Part shown: positions 37,730-44,857 of the stretch, one piece after another | Position numbering within the stretch: the first letter of the stretch is position 1 | Layout: every line of letters starts with the position of its first letter | Assembly: GCA_044356215.1 (NCBI GenBank) | Contig: JBIKWQ010000021.1 | Location: 1 to 44,857 of the forward strand | Direction: 5' to 3' | Source of the DNA: Bdellovibrionota bacterium | GTDB taxonomy: Bacteria > Bdellovibrionota_C > UBA2361 > OMII01 | DNA: 44,857 nucleotides | Translations under genes and position numbers: made by a program | Notes under the pieces: model-generated | The model's database searches: none | The model's input: only the letters and a program-made list of their open reading frames with translations | Told to the model about the DNA's origin: nothing

Positions 37730-38728
37730 ATGGAATCTCCTGGCATAGTCAAACTAATTGGCCACCAACCTCAAAGAGAAGCTCTAGCCGATCTAGTTAA
37801 TCAGGATAGATTGCCGAGCTCGCTTCTTTTCGGCGGTGCTGCCGGAATAGGCAAAAGACTTGTCGCGCTAGAGTTAGCCCGTCAACTTCTGTGTCTAACT
37901 GATGGCGCTGGAAGCATTCCTCCTCAGGGCGGCTGCGGGGAGTGCCAGGCTTGCCGTTTAATCCGGGCCGGAAATCATCCCGATCTCCGCCTTATTGAAT
38001 GCGGCGCGGAAGATGCCTCAGTCGATCAGTTAAGAGCGACCTTAGATAAACTCAGTCTCAAGCCATTTATCAGCAAAAGAAAGGTGACCATACTAAACGA
38101 CGCCGATGAGGTCTCTATAGTTGGCGCTAATATCCTTTTAAAGAGTTTAGAGGAGCCTCGCCCTGAAAATTTCTTTATCCTCATCGCTACAACTTCATCA
38201 CGTCTTCCGCAGACTGTCCTCTCACGATGCCAGAGATGGTTCTTTGATCGGCTCTCAAATGAGTCACTACACGAAATTTTAATGGCGAGAGGCGCGGGCG
38301 CTGAGGAGCTGGCTCTTATCCCTCTAGCTGACGGATCTTGCGCCGAGCTTCAATCTATCCGGGCTACGGGCGCTTTAGGAGATGACGTACGTCAGGCTTT
38401 AGACGCCGCTTGGCGTGGCGATATAGCACGGATAACGAAAACGGCCCAGGAATGGGGCGCCGATAAGAATAACATCAGGCAGAGGCTAACTTTGCTGAGG
38501 GCGTCAATTCGCGAGAGGCTTGTTAACTCTGGGACTAATTCATCCGCAGCAGCTGTTTGGGCGCACGGGCTGCAGAACGCGATCGACGCCGAGTATCTGT
38601 GCGTGGATCGGCACGTTAATCCCACTTTGACTATCCTGGAGGTCCTAAAGAGCTGCAACCAAGGCTTGGCGATTAATTACCAAATAACTCCGAATTTCCG
38701 CGCTCCGATTTGGGAGAGAATCGGATAG
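37730..38728 (+). CDS. holB: DNA polymerase III delta' subunit
   Basis: LLFGGAAGIGK, C...CGECQAC, HPD, ANILLKSLEEP, TVLSRC. Confidence 0.92.
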   Translation: MESPGIVKLIGHQPQREALADLVNQDRLPSSLLFGGAAGIGKRLVALELARQLLCLTDGAGSIPPQGGCGECQACRLIRAGNHPDLRLIECGAEDASVDQLRATLDKLSLKPFISKRKVTILNDADEVSIVGANILLKSLEEPRPENFFILIATTSSRLPQTVLSRCQRWFFDRLSNESLHEILMARGAGAEELALIPLADGSCAELQSIRATGALGDDVRQALDAAWRGDIARITKTAQEWGADKNNIRQRLTLLRASIRERLVNSGTNSSAAAVWAHGLQNAIDAEYLCVDRHVNPTLTILEVLKSCNQGLAINYQITPNFRAPIWERIG

Positions 38729-38835
38729 GCTAACTACTCAGCATCTTCTGTAGCGATAACGTCAGCCCCCACCAACAGGAGCAAAGCGTGGCGGAGATTG
38801 CGAAAGCCCCATTTTTTAGCTACTCTGCCGACATT

Positions 38836-39264
38836 ATGGAATCAGACATCAAGCCACAATCAAACGCGGCAGAAGCCGTAAAATCCCAATTAACACAGCC
38901 AGTACAGGTCGCTCCTGTCGCTACTACTAGCGAAGAGATAGATATTGAGACCTTCGCTAAGATCAAATTTCGTATCGCCACTATTGAGAAGGTTGAGGCG
39001 GTTCCAAAATCAAAAAAGCTATACCAAATACAACTAGATTTAGGAGAGATCGGAAAGCGGCAAATAGTCTCAGGCATAGCTCAGTTCTATACACCTGAAG
39101 AGCTTGTTGGTAAGCAGATAGTAATTGTGGCGAACCTAAAGCCAGCTAAACTCATGGGAGTTGAGAGTCACGGGATGTTATTAGCGGCATCGACTGATGG
39201 AGACCAACAGCTAGCGATTTTAACACCAGACAAGCCAATAGCCGCTGGTTCTAAAGTTCGCTAG
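38836..39264 (+). CDS. metG: Stand-alone methionyl-tRNA synthetase C-terminal tRNA-binding domain (Trbp111-like)
   Basis: IDIETFAK...KKL...DLG...RQIVSGIAQFY...NLKPAKLMGVESHGMLLAA; located between holB and tatD. Confidence 0.85.
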   Translation: MESDIKPQSNAAEAVKSQLTQPVQVAPVATTSEEIDIETFAKIKFRIATIEKVEAVPKSKKLYQIQLDLGEIGKRQIVSGIAQFYTPEELVGKQIVIVANLKPAKLMGVESHGMLLAASTDGDQQLAILTPDKPIAAGSKVR

Positions 39265-39276
39265 TTTAACTTACCT

Positions 39277-40056
39277 ATGCCGTTCGAGGTCATCGACACC
39301 CACTGTCACCTTGACTCAGAGCCGTTTAATGACGACTTAGACCAGGTTATAGAGCGCGCGGTCGCCGCCGGTGTTACTAAGATGATCACCATCGGCACTG
39401 GATCAGGTTTGGCTGGCGCCTCTCGCGCTATCAATATCGCTAACAGATACCCGATGGTTTGGGCTACCGTTGGAGTGCATCCTCACAACGCTAGTGCCGA
39501 CTTAGATCTACAACCCCTTGAACAGCTAGCGAATCACCCCAAGGTTGTAGCGATAGGAGAGACCGGGCTTGATTTCTATCGGGATTGGGCTCCTGCCGAT
39601 GCTCAGTACGAAGTTTTTAAGGCCCAGATCGCTGTCGCCCGCCGGGTTAAGAAGCCACTAGTAATTCACTCTAGAAATGCCGGCGCCCAGTCGCTCGATA
39701 CTCTGATGCGAGAGTCAGCGGGAGATGTTGGTGGTGTATTTCACTGTTTCTCTGAGGACGTTAATTTCGCTGCCAGATTAAGGGATATCAATTTCCTAGT
39801 GTCGTTCCCAGGTCAGCTCACGTTTAAAAAAGCTCATGAAGTTAGAGCTATATGCAAAGATATACCTCTGGAGCAGATTATGGTGGAAACAGACTCACCG
39901 TATCTCGCTCCCGAGCCTTATCGAGGAAAGAGGTGTGAGCCGGCATTTGTCGTGGAAACACTAAAGGTTTTGGCTTCGGTTAAGGGCTTGCCTATCGAGC
40001 AGGTGGCGGCGATAACAGTAGAGAACTCATTAAGGCTCTTCTCAGGGATCAAGTGA
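39277..40056 (+). CDS. tatD: TatD family DNase
   Basis: DTHCH, GVHPH, AIGETGLD, IHSR, VFHCFS, ETDSPYLAP. Confidence 0.95.
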   Translation: MPFEVIDTHCHLDSEPFNDDLDQVIERAVAAGVTKMITIGTGSGLAGASRAINIANRYPMVWATVGVHPHNASADLDLQPLEQLANHPKVVAIGETGLDFYRDWAPADAQYEVFKAQIAVARRVKKPLVIHSRNAGAQSLDTLMRESAGDVGGVFHCFSEDVNFAARLRDINFLVSFPGQLTFKKAHEVRAICKDIPLEQIMVETDSPYLAPEPYRGKRCEPAFVVETLKVLASVKGLPIEQVAAITVENSLRLFSGIK

Positions 40057-40057
40057 T

Positions 40058-40834
40058 ATGTCTCGATATTCCCAAATCACCGTCAAGGTAGAAGACTCCG
40101 TAGCGAATGTTACTATAAATCGTCCGCAAGCTAGAAACGCGCTGAACGCGCAAGCGATCCAAGAGCTAACAAACGCCTTCACTAGTTTAGGCTCGGATAC
40201 CTCAGTAAAGGCAGTGCTTCTGCGCGCCGCTGGCAACGAGGCTTTTTGTGCCGGGGCGGATCTGCGAGAGCTTAAAAGCAATTCATCGCCCGACTCTCGT
40301 AGAGTCTTTTTTGAGTCGATCGCTAATTTAGTCAGATCAATCGAGAGCTGCCCGGTGCCTGTTGTAGCTGCGGTGTGCGGCTTCGCGCTGGCTGGGGGCC
40401 TCGGCTTAATCGCAGCGTCAGATATCGTAATAGCCGCTGATAACGCAATATTCGGCCTTCCTGAGGTAGGGGTAGGTTTAGCACCGTTAGTCGTCAGCGC
40501 GCCACTTACCTACTCTATGAACCAACGTGGCCTCGCTTATCTAGCTCTGACAGGCGAACAGATCAGCGCCGAAGATGCTCTTCGCTTTGGACTTGTAACC
40601 AAAGTAGTAAAGCTAGATCAGATCATCGATCAGGCCCAGAAGACCTGTCAGGCTATCGCGAAGAAAGGTCCATCCGCGGTACGACAGACAAAGATAGCAC
40701 TGCGTGACGCGCGACTAAGCGAAGAACTAGATTTTATCTATCAAATGGCTGATCGCAGCGCTCTAGTAAGCTTGTCGGATGAGGCTAATGAGGGGATGTC
40801 GGCTTTCTCGGAGAAACGAGCTCCTAAATGGTAA
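40058..40834 (+). CDS. Enoyl-CoA hydratase/isomerase family protein
   Basis: INRPQARNALN, AFCAGADL, GFALAGGLGL, FGLPEVGVG. Confidence 0.92.
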   Translation: MSRYSQITVKVEDSVANVTINRPQARNALNAQAIQELTNAFTSLGSDTSVKAVLLRAAGNEAFCAGADLRELKSNSSPDSRRVFFESIANLVRSIESCPVPVVAAVCGFALAGGLGLIAASDIVIAADNAIFGLPEVGVGLAPLVVSAPLTYSMNQRGLAYLALTGEQISAEDALRFGLVTKVVKLDQIIDQAQKTCQAIAKKGPSAVRQTKIALRDARLSEELDFIYQMADRSALVSLSDEANEGMSAFSEKRAPKW

Positions 40835-40858
40835 TTTAGGATTTTACGTAGGTGAATT

Positions 40859-41689
40859 ATGCGCTTTGGCGATTACTCAGTTAGATTAATACTTTTTGGA
40901 ACCTTCCGATTAGACGGCGGGAGTATGTTTGGATCAGTGCCAAAAAACATCTGGAGTAAGAGTATCGCTGCGGACTCAGATAACTGCATACCTTTGGCTT
41001 GCCGTTCCCTTCTTCTGGAGAACGATGAACGAAAAATATTGATAGATGTGGGGGCTGGCGACAAGTGGAGTGACAAGCTACGCCAGATCTATGCTGTGGA
41101 GCTGGCCCATCACTCAACGCTGGGTTTTAAGCGGGATGAAATCACCGATGTTGTATTAACTCACCTTCATTTTGATCACGCTGGTGGTATCACGTACCTC
41201 GCTCCAAACGGCGAGCTTAAACTCACGTATCCAAACGCCCAAATTCATCTACAGACCGCTAATTGGGAGCGCGCCTTAAATCCAACACCTAAAGACCGCG
41301 CTAGCTATCTTCCTGAGAGCATAGATCCTCTTAAATCGGCCAATTTAAATCTCTGTGATGGAACGCTAGAGGTTCTACCAAACCTTTATGTGCACCGTGT
41401 TGATGGACATACGCCAGGCCAACAATGGATTGAGATCGGTGACGCGCAAGACCCGAATAGTCCTAAGCTATTCTTTCCGACCGACTTGATACCAACCAGG
41501 CACCATGTTTCGATCCCCTTTCACATGGGCTATGACGTCTGCGCTGATACTATTATGAGGGAGAAATTGGCGTTTCTTGAGCGCGCGGAGGCCCTGAACG
41601 CCACTGTGTGCTTTCAACACGATATCGATGTTTCTTTAGTTAAAATTAGACGTAACGACAAAGGCGGCTTCGCGGCGGTTGAAATATAG
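40859..41689 (+). CDS. MBL-fold metallo-hydrolase (YtnP-like)
   Basis: LDGGSMFGSVPK, THLHFDHAGG, GHTPG, MGYD. Confidence 0.92.
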   Translation: MRFGDYSVRLILFGTFRLDGGSMFGSVPKNIWSKSIAADSDNCIPLACRSLLLENDERKILIDVGAGDKWSDKLRQIYAVELAHHSTLGFKRDEITDVVLTHLHFDHAGGITYLAPNGELKLTYPNAQIHLQTANWERALNPTPKDRASYLPESIDPLKSANLNLCDGTLEVLPNLYVHRVDGHTPGQQWIEIGDAQDPNSPKLFFPTDLIPTRHHVSIPFHMGYDVCADTIMREKLAFLERAEALNATVCFQHDIDVSLVKIRRNDKGGFAAVEI

Positions 41690-41750
41690 AATCCACCTCC
41701 CATTCCGTAGCATCCTAAATATCCGTATAACCGGTCTTACGGCATCCCAA

Positions 41751-42362
41751 ATGAGAACCATTTCAAGATTGATAAAATCACTTCATCTACAAGCGATCTT
41801 TGTCGCTTCCCTAGTTGCTAGCTGCGGCGGGGGCGGGGGCGGGGGCGGCGGTGGTAGCGACTCAAATTATGCCGGTAATATCGCCATAGATATAGAGCGT
41901 GATCACATTGACTCGGGAGATCTCAACAATATCAATATTGAAGTTGTTGGTCTTAATCCAGATGGATCAATCCTAAAGATTAGACTCTCGAAATCTCTTA
42001 GCCTAGTGCGCGGTACGCCTCTACTATTCGCGGGAAGAGATGAGGAGCGACAGATCTCGGTGGATGAGAAAGTGAGCACTGAAAATGAAAACTTCTTAGT
42101 ATTTTTTCTTTATCCACAAGACGCAATTAATGGCGATTTTGTGTCGTTATCTTTTAAAGTCAAAGGGATGTCCGCGGATAAGCGCGGATTTATCGAAGTT
42201 GATCTAGACAATAACGATCCTAGCGTCTCTGATAAAAGCGAATTCGATCCTAACGCGCCACGGTTTACAGCGAAGGAGCGTAGAAGTATCTATGTTGATA
42301 CTGATACCTCTGAGCCAACTCCGACACCTACGCCGTCTGGGACTGAGACGCCCAGCAATTAG
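41751..42362 (+). CDS. Lipoprotein with poly-Gly tether and Pro/Thr tail
   Basis: Lipobox VASC followed by a Gly run; ATG 41751 preferred over TTG 41679. Confidence 0.75.
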   Translation: MRTISRLIKSLHLQAIFVASLVASCGGGGGGGGGGSDSNYAGNIAIDIERDHIDSGDLNNINIEVVGLNPDGSILKIRLSKSLSLVRGTPLLFAGRDEERQISVDEKVSTENENFLVFFLYPQDAINGDFVSLSFKVKGMSADKRGFIEVDLDNNDPSVSDKSEFDPNAPRFTAKERRSIYVDTDTSEPTPTPTPSGTETPSN

Positions 42363-42574
42363 CCGCTTTGGTCCGAAGGAATTACTTCGCCCGCTGGAAT
42401 TACCATTTGCCATTCCCAGTTTTTCCACTGCGGAAATATGTAGACACGCAAGTCCTCCCCTACTACTCTGTTACTGACCTGCTCTCTCCAGCTTGGCCAG
42501 CTAGTGTTGTAAACATGAGTGGTATCTTCTTCTCTCGCGTCTATAGCGGTTTTGCTTATCGGAATTAACTTCAT
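42359..42574 (-). CDS. Small hypothetical protein
   Basis: 71-aa ATG ORF filling the gap; stop overlaps the convergent gene's stop. Confidence 0.35.
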   Translation of the reverse strand: MKLIPISKTAIDAREEDTTHVYNTSWPSWREQVSNRVVGEDLRVYIFPQWKNWEWQMVIPAGEVIPSDQSG

Positions 42575-42622
42575 GGATCTATCGCCGCTTAGTCATGCCT
42601 CAAGATAATAGTGTCCACGTTA

Positions 42623-42807
42623 GGGAAGGCCGGCAAAACCCCTCCCTACTGCGAAAGCGGATCTTGAGGTGCTCTTCGAGTTTTCGAGATGGGAAAAAAT
42701 CCTCAATGTATCACAGGGGATACACTTGCGGTTTTTTCCCATCTCAAAAATCGAATATCAACTCAACCTCCACTTTCTCGTTACGGGTAGGTTTTGCCGG
42801 CCTTCCT
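42623..42807. mobile_element. Palindromic MITE family A, copy 3 (intergenic, 185 bp)
   Basis: TA-GGGAAGGCCGGCAAAACC...GGTTTTGCCGGCCTTCCT-TA. Confidence 0.92.
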
Positions 42808-42904
42808 TAGCTTCTGACAATTACTTTAGGCTGACTCATCGAGCCGCAGCTCCTAATGAGCCTCTAGTGTGGCATTCTAAACAATCGGGAGCTATCATGA
42901 CGGC

Positions 42905-43759
42905 ATGCCGCCTATATCATTCACCAGATCGCACATCACATTCGCCACCAACCACTCCAAGTCTGTGGCCGCAAGGGACACGTTTAAGGAGATTCTCAGC
43001 TCCGAGGTCACGGAACTAACTATCGACTCGGATCGTCTTGGAACATTCTCTGGCGAGGTTGAGAGACCTGGCTCTATGCTAGACGCACTTAGGAGCAAGG
43101 TAGCCCTGGCGCGGGAGTTAACGCGCGAAAGATTTATACTAGCTAGTGAGGGAAGTTTTAGCTCGGCCGGCGGCTTTGGCCTAATTGTCCAAAATATTGA
43201 GCTATTAATGCTAAGCGATCTAGTCACAGGAGCTGAGATTGTGGAGCAAAGAGTCACATATGAAACTAACTACGCCACGGAGTTTATCAAGAACTTAAGT
43301 GACTTGGAGAAGTTTTTAGTTCGCATATCTTTTGGTACTCACGCCTTGGTTTTATATCCTGATAAGGTTTCACCTAAACAACACGTATCAAAAGGCATCG
43401 TTGACCTAGCGCAGGCGCGGAAAATTTTAGAGGATTACATAAGGCTATCACCTACTCATTCCGTCATGGCGATGAGCGATATGCGAGCCCACGTTAACCC
43501 GACCCGTATGACGGCCATAAGAGAGTGTTGTAAGTTGCTTGCTAGGCGGCTGGCTAATCAATGTCCAGCGTGTGGAAGCGGCGGATTTGGTATAGTAGCG
43601 ACAGTTCCGGGACTTCCCTGCGAGGATTGCGGCGCCCCTACCAGTTTAGCTTTAGCGGAGAAGCATGCTTGCCCCTTCTGCTCCGTCACTGAGGAATATC
43701 CAAGGCAGGATGGCAGGAAATACGCGGAAGCATCTTCTTGTCAGTGGTGTAATCCATAA
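42905..43759 (+). CDS. DUF6671 family protein with Cys-rich C-terminus
   Basis: ATNHSK, DSDRLGTFSGEVER, ASEGSF, DMRAHVNPTRM, CPACG...GLPCEDC...C..CNP. Confidence 0.8.
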   Translation: MPPISFTRSHITFATNHSKSVAARDTFKEILSSEVTELTIDSDRLGTFSGEVERPGSMLDALRSKVALARELTRERFILASEGSFSSAGGFGLIVQNIELLMLSDLVTGAEIVEQRVTYETNYATEFIKNLSDLEKFLVRISFGTHALVLYPDKVSPKQHVSKGIVDLAQARKILEDYIRLSPTHSVMAMSDMRAHVNPTRMTAIRECCKLLARRLANQCPACGSGGFGIVATVPGLPCEDCGAPTSLALAEKHACPFCSVTEEYPRQDGRKYAEASSCQWCNP

Positions 43760-43771
43760 TTTACGGACTTA

Positions 43772-44473
43772 ATGAGTATGCTATCCATTTTATGTAAGTT
43801 AACTATATTTTTGGGCCTATTTCTCGCACTTTTTCCATCATGCCAAGCCCAGCAAACAGACTTTCAAAGCTGGACCATGGTAAGCGGCACAGTCAACATC
43901 GATCCCAACAATAAATTTTTCGCCTATATGGAGGCCCAACCGCGAATCGGAGATGACATCTCTCGATTAGAGCGCCTGCTTATCAGACCTGCTCTTGGAT
44001 ATAACTTAAGTCCTAATCTCGCTTTGGTTATTGGTTACGCTTGGACGCCGACTTTTAGCAACGCGTCTTATGACCGGGATTTCCGAAACGAGAACCGAAT
44101 CTGGCAGCAGCTTCAATATAGGCATGACCTGTGGGGACTAAAGTGGCAGCACAGACTTAGGCAGGAGCAGAGAATCATCCAGGATGCGCCAGGTACATCA
44201 AATAGAACTCGTTATCAACTTAGGGGGAGCTATGGATTAGCCCCTGATAGCTCGTATGGACTAACAGGATACAATGAGGTCTTCGCTACGGAAAATGGTA
44301 CACGTAGAGGGTTTATCGGCGGCTTCGACCGCAATAGAGCTTTCTTTGGCCCCTATCTAGTATCCGGACCGGGCCGTTACGAAATCGGGTATCTTGGAGA
44401 GTATGCACGCCAATTCGGAAAAGACTCGCGAATGATCAATGCAATCATGCTTAGCGCCCAGTATACTTTTTAG
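43772..44473 (+). CDS. DUF2490 family outer-membrane beta-barrel protein (paralog of 36796-37503)
   Basis: QPRIGD, GYAWTP, ENRIWQ, RLRQEQR, FDRNRAFFGP, RYEIGYLGE; terminal Phe. Confidence 0.82.
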   Translation: MSMLSILCKLTIFLGLFLALFPSCQAQQTDFQSWTMVSGTVNIDPNNKFFAYMEAQPRIGDDISRLERLLIRPALGYNLSPNLALVIGYAWTPTFSNASYDRDFRNENRIWQQLQYRHDLWGLKWQHRLRQEQRIIQDAPGTSNRTRYQLRGSYGLAPDSSYGLTGYNEVFATENGTRRGFIGGFDRNRAFFGPYLVSGPGRYEIGYLGEYARQFGKDSRMINAIMLSAQYTF

Positions 44474-44502
44474 GGGTTCTTGCTGGATTATTTGAGAGAG
44501 AA

Positions 44503-44578
44503 TGGTGGGCGCTGCAGGGATCGAACCTACGACATTCAGCTTGTAAGGCTGACGCTCTACCAACTGAGCTAAGCGCCC
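44503..44578 (-). tRNA. tRNA-Val (anticodon TAC), CCA encoded
   Basis: GGGCGCT/AGCGCCC acceptor stem, TCAGC-CTTACAA-GCTGA anticodon arm, GTAGG-TTCGATC-CCTGC T arm, ACCA end. Confidence 0.96.
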
Positions 44579-44857
44579 GAAATCTTGTTCGTCATTCAAC
44601 CCATTCGGGAGAGCTGAATGTCGTTTTGGTCTCAATGCTCGCTAGCTCGCATTGAGCGTTTGTTAGGCGGCTACTACGGTCCTTCGCTTCGCTACGTACC
44701 GTCTAAGCCACCTCATTCAGCTTGTAAGGCTGACGCCCCTCACACCCTAAAACACGGGCAACTGAGCTAAGCGCCCGAAATCTTGTTCGTCATTCAACCC
44801 ATTCGGGAGAGCTGAATGTCGTTTTGGTCTCAATGCTCGCTAGCTCGCATTGAGCGT
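44533..44857 (-). repeat. 198-bp-period repeat containing a degenerate 5' half of tRNA-Val
   Basis: 44561-44659 is identical to 44759-44857; anticodon arm 44533-44555 is repeated at 44714-44736. Confidence 0.85.

Noticed and set aside
44714..44776. Second tRNA-Val gene
   Set aside because: Lacks the T arm and 3' acceptor strand; treated as a repeat-borne fragment

Overview
44.9-kb bacterial chromosomal window at about 50% GC. Pro/Thr-linker secreted proteins, PilP- and AMIN-domain genes and the housekeeping set suggest a Bdellovibrionota/delta-proteobacteria-like diderm (inference only). Core genes: lipB-lpdA, sbcDC, a hybrid histidine kinase, rocD-asnS, tRNA-Pro(TGG), comM, a ROK fructokinase, holB-metG(C-terminal)-tatD-ech-MBL and tRNA-Val(TAC). 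Accessory genes: an AAA_14/DUF4143 ATPase, an addiction module with a frameshifted toxin, an HTH plus nucleotidyltransferase pair, an orphan VirD4-like coupling protein, two DUF2490 paralogs and gene fragments. The most striking signal is a set of short palindromic mobile elements. One ~185-bp TA-flanked family has three full copies with compensatory base-pair changes. One copy sits in frame inside an EamA transporter and adds 62 aa, resembling Rickettsia palindromic elements; another carries a nested 69-bp palindrome. Further signals are additional hairpin families clustered upstream of lpdA, a ~380-nt hairpin after the HTH/NTase pair, and a tRNA-Val-derived 198-bp repeat at the window end. 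All family assignments come from motif recognition, not database searches.
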